Shown here: positions 55,919-64,000 of the stretch, in pieces
How the letters are laid out: the number at the start of each line of letters is the position of its first letter
Position numbering within the stretch: the stretch's first letter is position 1
Assembly (NCBI GenBank): GCA_017472325.1
Contig: JAFUQM010000058.1
Span: forward strand, 6,003-70,002
Source: Lachnospiraceae bacterium
GTDB taxonomy: Bacteria > Bacillota > Clostridia > Lachnospirales > Lachnospiraceae
Reading direction: 5' to 3'
DNA: 64,000 bases
Made by a program: the position numbers and the translations under genes
Notes under the pieces: generated by a model
The model's database searches: none
What the model saw: only the letters and a program-made list of their open reading frames with translations
Told to the model about the DNA's origin: nothing

Positions 55919-57544
55919 ATGAACTTAGTGAAAAAGTGGAAGTTATGGGTTGCCGTGGCGGTATTGGCAGTAACAGCTTTCATGTATGAGGGGAACTTGA
56001 TTGTAGCACGTGCTGAGGCAACAGCTACAGTAAAAGCAGAAAGTGCAAAGATACGAAGTGAAGCAAGTACAAGCAGTGAGGCAGTAGGCAGTACAACAAA
56101 AGGAACAAAACTTCCTGTTTTAAAATCGGTTACTGCAACAGATGGAATCTGGTATCAGGTTACAGTAGAAGGCAATACAACAGGATTTATCCGTTCTGAT
56201 CTTGTATCTGTATCGGGTGATGTTCCATCAGCAGGTAGTTCTTCTACACAGGAGCCAACGGTAACATCAAGTGAAGTAGTAGCTTCCGATATGACTTCTG
56301 GTCTGATTACGAAAAATAGTGTCAATGTACGTAAAGGTGCTTCCACAACAGATGCACTTGCTGGTACGCTTAGAAAAGATGCTGTTGTAACAATTACAGG
56401 TGAGACAACAGGTGCAGATGGTAAAACATGGTATCAAATAGAAAGCGAAGAAGTAAGTGGATATATACGTTCTGATTTGATAGAAGCCAGTGCCGCGGTA
56501 GCAGTAGAAGGCGGCAATGAAGAGGAAACGGTATCTGACCCTGGTGTGGAAGAAGGTACCGAAGTAACACAGCAGCCAGATACTTCGGTAGAAGCAGGTA
56601 ATTATACTGATGTTTCTAATGTAATTGCCACAAGAAAACTTCCAGAAGGTGCAGACTTAGAATCTTTGGATTTGGGTGCGGAAGTAGTAAAAAGCTGGGA
56701 ATCAGAAAGATATTATATTATTTATACAAAGACAAAAAGCGGTATAGAGCAGTGGTACTTATATGATGCAGAAAGCAATGTTTATGAGAGAGTGAATGCG
56801 TTGACGCCAATGTCTGCAGAAGAAATTGAGGCAGAAGGTGGAAAAGGCAATACAGTACTTACAATTGTACTTGCTGCGATTATTGTAATTTTGATTGGTG
56901 TTATTGTTTATCTTGCATTGCAGCTTCGGGATTATCAGATGGATTACGAATATGATGACGAAGAAGATGATGATGAGTATTATGAAGGCTATGAAGAAGG
57001 CAGAGTCAATAGCCGTGCATGGAAACCGAAAAACTTCCTCGGAAGAGATGATTTTGATGACGACATGGAAGATGACATGGATGATGATGTAGATGAGGAG
57101 GAAATCGAGGAGGAACAGTATCGTAGACCTGTCAGAAGACAACAGGCGGCGCCAGTAAGAGAGTCGGCACCAAGGCAACAGGTAAGACCAGCGAATAGTC
57201 AGGCAAGACCAGCGAATAGTCAGGCAAGACCAGCGAATAGTCAGGCAAGACCAGTGAATGGTCAGAGCAGACCAGCAAATGGTCAGAGCAGACCAGCGAA
57301 TGGTCAGAGCAGACCAGCGAATGGTCAGGCAAGACCGGCAAATGGTCAGGCAAGACCGGCAAATGGTCAGGCAAGACCAGCGAATGGTCAGAGCAGACCA
57401 ACAGGCGCACAGCCAAGACCAGAAGCAAGACAGACGCAGCGTCCAGCAACAAAGCCAGCAAGACAGATGGCATATGACGACGCAGAAGATGAAGATTTTG
57501 AATTTGAATTCCTGAATATGAGTGACGAGGATTATATCGATTAA
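55919..57544 (+). CDS. Membrane protein with two extracytoplasmic SH3b-like domains, one TM helix, and an acidic then RPANGQ-repeat cytoplasmic tail
   Basis: Signal/anchor sequence. Two SH3-like segments are present (..WYQV.....GFIRSDLV and ..WYQIE...VSGYIRSDLI). The TM helix is VLTIVLAAIIVILIGVIVYLAL. A D/E-rich block is followed by 7-aa repeats. Confidence 0.7.
   Translation: MNLVKKWKLWVAVAVLAVTAFMYEGNLIVARAEATATVKAESAKIRSEASTSSEAVGSTTKGTKLPVLKSVTATDGIWYQVTVEGNTTGFIRSDLVSVSGDVPSAGSSSTQEPTVTSSEVVASDMTSGLITKNSVNVRKGASTTDALAGTLRKDAVVTITGETTGADGKTWYQIESEEVSGYIRSDLIEASAAVAVEGGNEEETVSDPGVEEGTEVTQQPDTSVEAGNYTDVSNVIATRKLPEGADLESLDLGAEVVKSWESERYYIIYTKTKSGIEQWYLYDAESNVYERVNALTPMSAEEIEAEGGKGNTVLTIVLAAIIVILIGVIVYLALQLRDYQMDYEYDDEEDDDEYYEGYEEGRVNSRAWKPKNFLGRDDFDDDMEDDMDDDVDEEEIEEEQYRRPVRRQQAAPVRESAPRQQVRPANSQARPANSQARPANSQARPVNGQSRPANGQSRPANGQSRPANGQARPANGQARPANGQARPANGQSRPTGAQPRPEARQTQRPATKPARQMAYDDAEDEDFEFEFLNMSDEDYID
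57179..57409 (+). repeat. Tandem 21-bp repeat, about 11 units, in frame within the SH3b protein gene
   Basis: The unit CAGGCAAGACCAGCGAATAGT and its variants (…AATGGT, CAGAGC…) are repeated head to tail, encoding Q-[AS]-R-P-A-N-[SG]. Neighbouring units differ by 0-4 nt. Confidence 0.92.
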
Positions 57545-57604
57545 TACAAAAGAAAAAATGAGGTATCTGCAACCATGCGGCTGTAGATGCCTCTTTGCTT
57601 CTTG

Positions 57605-57633
57605 TTGACAATGTATGTGCATATTGTTATATT
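57605..57633 (+). promoter_or_regulatory. Candidate sigma-A promoter of the GntR-clpC unit
   Basis: TTGACA (57605-57610), a 17-nt spacer and TATATT (57628-57633). Confidence 0.55.
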
Positions 57634-57668
57634 ATATGTAACACACAAGGAAAAGGAGATGATTTGCC

Positions 57669-58049
57669 TTGATGATAATAGAAATCGATTTTAATAGTGA
57701 AGAAGCATTGTATATGCAGCTATATAAGCAGATTGTTATGGGCATTGCGACCTCACAATATAGAGAAGGAGAGCCGTTGCCATCTGTTAGACAATTGGCA
57801 GATACGATAGGTATTAATATGCATACGGTCAATAAGGCTTATACGGTATTAAAACAGGATGGCTTTGTCAAAGTAGACAGGCGGCGAGGTGCTGTGATTG
57901 CTGTGGATATTGATAAAATCAGGGCAATGGAAGAAATGCAGCGAGAGTTGCGTGTGGTACTTGCTAAGGCACATTGCAAAAACATTTCCAAAGAAGAAGT
58001 ATATGCATGCATTGATGAAATATATAAAGAGTATGGAGGGCTGGGATAA
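57669..58049 (+). CDS. Small GntR-family transcriptional regulator (winged HTH only, YhcF-like)
   Basis: Y.QLY.QI...I......G..LPSVRQLA...GIN..TV.KAY..L...G is the GntR HTH signature. The start is TTG 57669 or ATG 57672. Its stop overlaps the clpC ATG (TAATG). Confidence 0.8.
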   Translation: MMIIEIDFNSEEALYMQLYKQIVMGIATSQYREGEPLPSVRQLADTIGINMHTVNKAYTVLKQDGFVKVDRRRGAVIAVDIDKIRAMEEMQRELRVVLAKAHCKNISKEEVYACIDEIYKEYGGLG

Positions 58050-60511
58050 TGCCACATTTTACAGAAAAAGCAAGAACAGCACTTCTTTTGGCAGAACGAG
58101 CAGCCAAAGAATTGCGACAGAATTATGTAGGAACAGAGCATTTACTCATAGGACTTTTGCGGGAGAGGACTGGTGTAGCAGCAAGAGTATTAATGGAAAA
58201 TGGTGTTGATGAACTGAAAGTTATTGAGATGATCAAAGATTTGATTGCACCAGGAAATTTGCTTGCAGTAAAGGAAAGAGACGGATATTCTCCGCGTGCA
58301 GAAAAAATTTTGGAAGAAAGTCATAGACAGGCAGAGCGTTTTCGTTCAGGAGATACTGGAACAGAGCATATTCTGTTAGCTATAGTTAAAGAAGGAGATA
58401 ACGTAGCGGCGAGATTATTAAATACTATGACGATTCCATTGCAGAAGATTTATGTAGAAACTTTGATTGCAATGGGGGAAGATGGAGGTCTGTATAAGGA
58501 AGATTTGGGTGCGAAAGCACGTAAGAAAAAAGAAGAAGGTACTGTGACACTCAATCAATACAGTCGTGATTTGACAAAGCTGGCTAAGGAAGGAAAACTC
58601 GATCCAGTCATCGGAAGAGAAGATGAGATTCAGAGAGTGATTCAGATACTCAGCCGTAGAACAAAGAACAATCCGTGTCTTGTTGGAGAACCTGGAGTAG
58701 GAAAAACTGCCATTGTTGAGGGTCTTGCACTTCGCATTATAGATGACAATGTACCTGATACAGTCAAAGGCAAAAGGGTTGTGACGTTAGATTTATCCGG
58801 TATGGTAGCAGGCAGCAAGTATCGAGGTGAATTTGAAGAAAGAATTAAAAAAGTAATCAAAGAAGTGATTGATGATGGGAATGTCATTCTTTTTCTGGAC
58901 GAGATTCATACCATTATTGGTGCTGGTGGAGCAGAGGGAGCTATAGATGCCTCTAATATTTTAAAGCCTTCTCTTGCCAGAGGGGAGATTCAGCTGATTG
59001 GTGCGACAACAATTTCTGAGTATCGCAAGCATATAGAGAAGGACGCAGCGTTGGAGAGACGTTTTCAGACTGTATCGGTGGAAGAGCCGACAGAAACAGA
59101 AGCTATCTGTATCTTAACAGGCATCTGTCCGAAGTATGAAGAACATCATAAGGTAAAAATTTTGCCAGAAGCAATTGAATCTGCGGTTAGATTGTCTGCG
59201 CGCTATATCAATGACAGAAATTTACCGGATAAAGCAATTGATTTGATAGATGAGACGGCAGCAGCAATACGTTTGCGTGAGATGAAAGTGCCTGATTCAA
59301 TTAAGAAGATAGAAGAGCAGATAAAAGAATTAGATGCACAGATAGAGATGAATATTCGTTTAGAACTTTATGCGCAGGCAGGTGAAGCAAAGCGTGAGCA
59401 GGATAAGCTGATTACCAAATTGGAACGTGCTAAGAAGCGGATAGAGAGAGAGCAGGATGCCAGAGAATTGGCAATTGGGGAAAATGAGATTGCAGAGACA
59501 GTGGCGGCATGGACCAAGATTCCTGTGAAGAAATTAGCAGAAAAAGAGAGTGAACGGCTTCTGAAATTGGAAAGTATTTTACACAAACGTGTTGTGGGGC
59601 AAAAGGAAGCTGTGACGGCAGTTGCAAAAGCAATGAGAAGAGGACGGGTTGGATTACAGGATCCAAAGCGTCCAATAGGGTCTTTTTTGTTTTTAGGACC
59701 GACTGGTGTTGGTAAAACGGAGCTTAGTAAGGCATTGGCGGAAGCAATGTTTGGCAGTGAAAATGCGCTAATCCGTGTAGATATGTCTGAGTATATGGAA
59801 TCCCATTCTGTATCTAAGATGATAGGTTCGCCACCAGGATATGTTGGATTTGATGAAGGCGGACAACTGTCAGAGAAAATCAGACGCAATCCATATTCTG
59901 TTGTATTATTTGATGAGATTGAAAAAGCACATCCGGATGTATTTAACATTCTTCTTCAGGTATTGGATGATGGGCATATTACCGATTCTAAGGGACGCAA
60001 AGTCAGCTTCAAAAATACGATTCTCATTATGACATCCAATGCAGGTGCACAGAGAATTATTGATCCAAAGAATCTGGGATTTGCGGCAGAACAGGATGAG
60101 AAAAAAGACTATGAGAAGATGAAATCTGGTGTAATGGAAGAAGTGAAGAAACTTTTTAAACCAGAGTTTATCAATCGTATTGACGAGATTATGGTATTCC
60201 ATCCATTGAACAAAGATGATATGAAACAGATTGTGACACTCTTGGCAGGAGATTTAACAAAACGTTGTAAGGAACAGATGGATATCAAATTGACAATTAC
60301 CCCTGCATTAAAGGAATATCTCGTGGAGAAACATGCAGATTTGAAGATGGGTGCGCGTCCAATGAAACGTGCGATTCAGACTGTTATCGAGGACGCATTA
60401 GCAGAAGAGATTCTAATGAAGCATGTGCAGCCTTCGGATAAAGTAACCGCTGGTATCAAGAACAAAAAAGTTGTTTTTACAGTGGCAGATAGACAGGCAG
60501 ATATGGTATAA
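58049..60511 (+). CDS. clpC: ATP-dependent Clp protease ATP-binding subunit ClpC
   Basis: Clp_N repeats, two AAA+ modules (GEPGVGKT and GPTGVGKT), a linker coiled coil and the sensor motif GARPMKRAIQ. Confidence 0.95.
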   Translation: MPHFTEKARTALLLAERAAKELRQNYVGTEHLLIGLLRERTGVAARVLMENGVDELKVIEMIKDLIAPGNLLAVKERDGYSPRAEKILEESHRQAERFRSGDTGTEHILLAIVKEGDNVAARLLNTMTIPLQKIYVETLIAMGEDGGLYKEDLGAKARKKKEEGTVTLNQYSRDLTKLAKEGKLDPVIGREDEIQRVIQILSRRTKNNPCLVGEPGVGKTAIVEGLALRIIDDNVPDTVKGKRVVTLDLSGMVAGSKYRGEFEERIKKVIKEVIDDGNVILFLDEIHTIIGAGGAEGAIDASNILKPSLARGEIQLIGATTISEYRKHIEKDAALERRFQTVSVEEPTETEAICILTGICPKYEEHHKVKILPEAIESAVRLSARYINDRNLPDKAIDLIDETAAAIRLREMKVPDSIKKIEEQIKELDAQIEMNIRLELYAQAGEAKREQDKLITKLERAKKRIEREQDARELAIGENEIAETVAAWTKIPVKKLAEKESERLLKLESILHKRVVGQKEAVTAVAKAMRRGRVGLQDPKRPIGSFLFLGPTGVGKTELSKALAEAMFGSENALIRVDMSEYMESHSVSKMIGSPPGYVGFDEGGQLSEKIRRNPYSVVLFDEIEKAHPDVFNILLQVLDDGHITDSKGRKVSFKNTILIMTSNAGAQRIIDPKNLGFAAEQDEKKDYEKMKSGVMEEVKKLFKPEFINRIDEIMVFHPLNKDDMKQIVTLLAGDLTKRCKEQMDIKLTITPALKEYLVEKHADLKMGARPMKRAIQTVIEDALAEEILMKHVQPSDKVTAGIKNKKVVFTVADRQADMV

Positions 60512-60592
60512 TATAAGCAGAAGAAAAGCATACGGTAGAATGATAAAGTAGTGCGGCAATAGTATTAGAATATACCTTAGGAGGACAGAAAA

Positions 60593-61003
60593 ATGGCAGT
60601 AGTAGAACAGTTACTTCGTACAGAAAGTGATGGAACAATCAGTTTCGGTAATCACACATTAGCACAGAAAGCAAAAGTAGAGGATTTCGAACATGCAGGA
60701 GATTTGTATAAGGTAAAAACATACAGCACAATGACCAAATTAGAAAAAAATGGTATGTTTGTATATGAATCTGTTCCAGGAACAAGTGTAACACATTTTG
60801 AAGAAACTGGTGACGGAGTACAGTTTGAAGTAGAAGGTGCAGAGGATGCCCAGATTACAGTCGGACTTCAGGATGAAACAGAATATGAAGTGTTTGTAAA
60901 TGGCAAAAGTGTAGGTAAGATGAGTACAAATCTCGGCGGTAAGCTGAATATGAGTGTAGAACTTGCAGATGCTGGCGAAGTGAACGTGAAAGTAGTGAAA
61001 TAA
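60593..61003 (+). CDS. Hypothetical 136-aa soluble protein
   Basis: Good RBS (AGGAGG). Beta-rich and acidic. I recognise no motif. Confidence 0.5.
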   Translation: MAVVEQLLRTESDGTISFGNHTLAQKAKVEDFEHAGDLYKVKTYSTMTKLEKNGMFVYESVPGTSVTHFEETGDGVQFEVEGAEDAQITVGLQDETEYEVFVNGKSVGKMSTNLGGKLNMSVELADAGEVNVKVVK

Positions 61004-61008
61004 GCAGT

Positions 61009-62385
61009 ATGGCAAAAGCAAAAATGACGACCGTATTTTTTTGTCAGAAATGCGGTCATGAATCTTCTAAATGGATGGGACAATGTCCAGGTTGTAAAGA
61101 ATGGAATACTTTTGTGGAAGAAACAGTTCGTACTGCGAAACCTTCCGTAGGCAGAAATGTGCAGATGGTAGGGGGTACCAAACAGTCAGAACCTTCCAGT
61201 CTCTCATCCATTATGATGCAAGATGAAGATAAAATTGTAACACATATAGAAGAACTGGACAGAGTGCTGGGTGGTGGCATTGTGTCCGGCTCTCTTACAT
61301 TAGTGGGCGGGGATCCAGGTATTGGGAAATCCACGCTCCTTTTACAAGTATGTAAAAATCTTGCAGATGACAAACGAAAAGTTCTTTATATTTCTGGAGA
61401 AGAATCTTTAAAACAGATTAAACTCAGAGCAATGCGTATCGGCGAATTTCAGGATGAACTGCTTTTATTATGTGAGACAAATTTGCTGGTGATAGAAGAA
61501 ACGATTCAGAGAGTTAAGCCAGAAGTTGTTGTCATTGACTCTATACAGACAATGTTTGATGAGAACGTTTCAGCAGCACCCGGCAGCGTATCACAGGTAA
61601 GAGAGTCTACTGGTATTCTATTGCAGATTGCCAAAGGACTGGGTGTTTCTGTATTTATTGTAGGGCATGTAACCAAAGAAGGCACTGTAGCTGGTCCGAG
61701 GGTATTAGAACATATGGTGGATACAGTGCTATACTTTGAAGGTGACAGACATGCTTCCTATCGTATTTTGCGCGGCGTTAAAAACCGTTTTGGTTCGACC
61801 AATGAAATTGGTGTATTCGAGATGCGAAAAGAAGGCCTGGTAGAAGTAAAAAATCCTTCCGAATTTATGTTGAATGGGAAACCAGAAGGTGCAAGTGGTT
61901 CTGTGGTAGTCTGTTCAATGGAAGGAACAAGACCGATTTTGATTGAGATACAGGCACTTGTGTGCCAGAGCAATTTTGGGATTCCAAGGCGACAGACAAC
62001 AGGGACGGACTTTAACAGAGTCAATCTTTTGATGGCAGTTCTTGAGAAAAGAGTAGGTATTCAGATGTCTGGTTGTGATGCATATGTAAATATTGCGGGT
62101 GGTATGAAAATCAATGAACCTGCATTGGATTTGGGGATGGTGATGGCAATTGCTTCCAGCTATAAAAACAGAGCTGTTGACGAGAAAACAGTTGTGTTTG
62201 GAGAAGTAGGCTTAAGTGGTGAAGTGCGTGCAGTCAGCATGGCAGAGCAGCGAGTGTTAGAAGCGAAGAAACTTGGATTTACAACGTGTATTTTACCAGA
62301 AATCTGTAAAGATGGAATGAAGGGCATAGATGGTATGAAGTTAATTGGTGTGAAGTCTGTGCAGGAAGCTATTGATTTGATTTAG
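61009..62385 (+). CDS. radA: DNA repair protein RadA/Sms
   Basis: Zn finger CQKCGHESSKWMGQCPGCKEWNTF, Walker A GDPGIGKST, KNRFG motif and a Lon-like C-terminal domain. Confidence 0.95.
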   Translation: MAKAKMTTVFFCQKCGHESSKWMGQCPGCKEWNTFVEETVRTAKPSVGRNVQMVGGTKQSEPSSLSSIMMQDEDKIVTHIEELDRVLGGGIVSGSLTLVGGDPGIGKSTLLLQVCKNLADDKRKVLYISGEESLKQIKLRAMRIGEFQDELLLLCETNLLVIEETIQRVKPEVVVIDSIQTMFDENVSAAPGSVSQVRESTGILLQIAKGLGVSVFIVGHVTKEGTVAGPRVLEHMVDTVLYFEGDRHASYRILRGVKNRFGSTNEIGVFEMRKEGLVEVKNPSEFMLNGKPEGASGSVVVCSMEGTRPILIEIQALVCQSNFGIPRRQTTGTDFNRVNLLMAVLEKRVGIQMSGCDAYVNIAGGMKINEPALDLGMVMAIASSYKNRAVDEKTVVFGEVGLSGEVRAVSMAEQRVLEAKKLGFTTCILPEICKDGMKGIDGMKLIGVKSVQEAIDLI

Positions 62386-62424
62386 TGACAAGAAAGAGAC
62401 CATACAGAATATTGAGTATGAAAA

Positions 62425-62461
62425 AAGGCTTAAAATCAAACTTTTGATTTTAAGCCTTTTT
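62425..62461. terminator. Bidirectional terminator between radA and tRNA-Trp
   Basis: AAGGCTTAAAATCAAA-CTTT-TGATTTTAAGCCTT hairpin flanked by A6 and T5. Confidence 0.8.
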
Positions 62462-62463
62462 AG

Positions 62464-62534
62464 CAGGGGAAGAGGGATTCGAACCCCCGTGAACGGTTTT
62501 GGAGACCGCAATACTGCCGCTGTATGATTCCCCT
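62464..62534 (-). tRNA. tRNA-Trp (anticodon CCA), 3' CCA not encoded
   Basis: The minus strand reads AGGGGAATCATACAGCGGCAGTATTGCGGTCTCCAAAACCGTTCACGGGGGTTCGAATCCCTCTTCCCCTG. Elements: acceptor AGGGGAA/TTCCCCT, anticodon loop CTCCAAA and T-loop TTCGAAT. Confidence 0.85.
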
Positions 62535-62636
62535 ATAAACGGCTGTTAGACAACCGCTGAAAATGATTATAGCACAGTGGATGTACTTTAGCAAGCAAAA
62601 AATGTTATTTCTACAAAATTTTTATTCCAATGGTTG

Positions 62637-63632
62637 CTAGCGTGTACAGATACCGGTAGAATTCCTACGAATTAATTGTGCACGCATTAAAGTTTTGCTG
62701 ATGCTAACATGACGGACCAAACAAGAAAGCGTATGATATGCGCTTTTACCAAGTTCGCATCTATCTTGACGGATGGTTGTCAGGGGTGGTGTCATTCTTG
62801 CTGCGACTGGCAAATCATCAAAACCAATCACACTGATATCTTCAGGAACTAAAAGTCCCCTTTTCTGACATTCGGCAATTGCGCCTTGTGCGATCAAATC
62901 ACTGGAACATAGAATGGCAGTTGCACCTCTGTCGAGGAAGTCTGGCACATAGTACTTTGCACAGTCTGCAACATAAAACCCAAATGCAGTTAAATTCTCA
63001 TCAACAGGAAGTCCGTGATTATGCATACTTTCCATGTAAGCGTCCAGACGTTGTTCTGATACAAGAGAACCATCGGAGCCATTTAGTAAAGCAATCTTTG
63101 TATGCCCTAAATCAGATAAATAATCAATGGCAAGGTCAATGCCTTCATAATTATCGGTACCTACATAGCCAACATTGAGATTTTTGGGAACATGGTTATC
63201 GAACAAGACAGTTGGAATTGTCGTTGTTGCGATTTGCTCCATCCATTCGTCACCTAACGCTATACCAATCAGGAAAGCACCAGTATATCCGTTTTTAAGC
63301 ATATAGGTACTATAGCGTTCTGCTATTTGTAGTTCTGGAGTAATAGAAACGACATCAACATCCCATTTTTCCTGAATTGCTGCTTGTTTAAAGCCGAGAA
63401 TAACGTCATAACCAAATTGTTCATTTGTATCATAATCCATATTTTCTATAAAAACGCAAAGTTTACGATGTTCTACTTTGCGCATTTTTTTTGTTGTATA
63501 TCCCATTTCAACGGCTGTATCCAGTACAAGCTGTCGTAAATCTTCACTAATATCGTTGGCGCCATTTAAGCCTTTTGATACCGTGCTGACAGCGATGCCG
63601 AGGCGGTCCGCAATATCTTTAATTGTTGCCAT
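62637..63632 (-). CDS. LacI-family transcriptional regulator
   Basis: N-terminal HTH MATIKDIADRLGIAVSTVSKGLNG followed by a periplasmic-binding-protein-like sugar-binding core. It is divergent from malQ. Confidence 0.88.
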   Translation of the reverse strand: MATIKDIADRLGIAVSTVSKGLNGANDISEDLRQLVLDTAVEMGYTTKKMRKVEHRKLCVFIENMDYDTNEQFGYDVILGFKQAAIQEKWDVDVVSITPELQIAERYSTYMLKNGYTGAFLIGIALGDEWMEQIATTTIPTVLFDNHVPKNLNVGYVGTDNYEGIDLAIDYLSDLGHTKIALLNGSDGSLVSEQRLDAYMESMHNHGLPVDENLTAFGFYVADCAKYYVPDFLDRGATAILCSSDLIAQGAIAECQKRGLLVPEDISVIGFDDLPVAARMTPPLTTIRQDRCELGKSAYHTLSCLVRHVSISKTLMRAQLIRRNSTGICTR

Positions 63633-63799
63633 AGTATTCCTGCCTTTACTTTTTTCTGTCTAAATGAGTAGACTACTTTCTTAGTATAAGTATTTTGGTG
63701 TTTGTTTTCAAGTATATTGACAATAATTTGTGAAAAGTATACTCTAAAATTATGAAACGAAACTTAACGAAAAAAGACGGAAAGGAATAGGAAATAAAA

Positions 63800-64000
63800 T
63801 TGAAAACAAAGAAATTCAAAAGAGGTGCAGGTATATTACTAGCAGTGTCGAGTTTGCCATCACCATATGGAATTGGCACGTTTGGTAAGGATGCTTATGA
63901 ATTTGTAGATACATTAGCAAAATTAAAACAGCGTTACTGGCAGGTACTCCCACTTGGACCAACGAGTATTGGAGATAGTCCGTATCAGTCATTTTCGGCT
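63800..64000 (+). CDS. malQ: 4-alpha-glucanotransferase (amylomaltase), 3'-truncated by the window end
   Basis: From the TTG at 63800: KTKKFKRGAGILLAVSSLPSPYGIGTFGKDAYEFVDTLAKLKQRYWQVLPLGPTSIGDSPYQSFSA. This is the canonical GH77 N-terminus. The frame stays open to base 64000. Confidence 0.8.
   Translation, partial: MKTKKFKRGAGILLAVSSLPSPYGIGTFGKDAYEFVDTLAKLKQRYWQVLPLGPTSIGDSPYQSFSA

Noticed and set aside
56759-57622. Long antisense and alternative-frame ORFs (287 aa, 159 aa, 85 aa) run across the 21-bp repeat of the SH3b gene.
   Set aside because: They arise from the periodic repeat, which lacks stops in several frames. They have no RBS and implausible composition. The plus-strand frame has a coherent domain architecture.
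1-64000. I scanned the whole window for CRISPR arrays, rRNA genes, intact IS elements or transposases, prophage blocks and toxin-antitoxin pairs.
   Set aside because: I saw no regularly spaced 25-40 bp direct repeats, no rRNA-like sequence, and no intact transposase or integrase. The only mobile-element trace is the Fic/integrase remnant at 48.2-48.9 kb.

Overview
This is a 64 kb chromosomal segment from a low-GC Firmicute. Gene content (sigH, mini-RNase III, T-box and L-box leaders, class 3 FBPase) points to Clostridia, possibly Lachnospiraceae, but that assignment is inference. Most of the window is housekeeping. Reading left to right:

- **1-2.8 kb:** an uncharacterised two-gene module at the left edge (unknown ORF plus a DUF2589-like protein) and a TPR lipoprotein.
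- **2.8-6.8 kb:** NrdR-box-controlled nrdD, a NUDIX gene and pyrF.
- **7-13 kb:** a GH16 beta-glucanase lipoprotein and a large propeller/Y_Y_Y HD-GYP membrane sensor.
- **13-21 kb:** a Tet(M)-like GTPase fused to a YacP/Rae1 NYN RNase domain, then ispF, T-box-cysE-cysS-mrnC-rlmB-sigH and tRNA-Thr.
- **21-30 kb:** degV, a roughly 456 bp imperfect palindrome, a class A PBP, yigZ, mgtE, typA and a HAD hydrolase.
- **31-41 kb:** an RND efflux pair, a tandem-OB SSB-like protein, a CobA-like ATPase, L-box-dapA-dapB and fbp (class 3).
- **41-50 kb:** an N/T-rich lipoprotein, a His6-type hisA-like gene, a MATE pump, cspA-like, niaR with an EIIC-like membrane protein, a DUF3298-type lipoprotein, Fic and integrase gene relics, and pyrE.
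- **50-64 kb:** an M29-like peptidase, purE-purM-purN-purD, an SH3b membrane protein with a 21-bp tandem repeat, a GntR-clpC-unknown-radA cluster, tRNA-Trp, a LacI regulator and the start of malQ.

I found no CRISPR array, intact mobile element or rRNA.

The best candidate for something new is the 897-aa GTPase::NYN fusion at 13166-15859. It is translationally coupled to ispF, and the canonical yacP slot between rlmB and sigH is empty. Secondary candidates are:

- the DUF2589-like module cut by the window edge;
- the long palindrome between degV and the PBP gene;
- the thioredoxin-like tail on NrdD;
- a Pro-containing uORF overlapping the mgtE start;
- an orphan terminator with C-rich motifs that suggests an sRNA.

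All homology calls come from motif recognition by eye. No database search was run.
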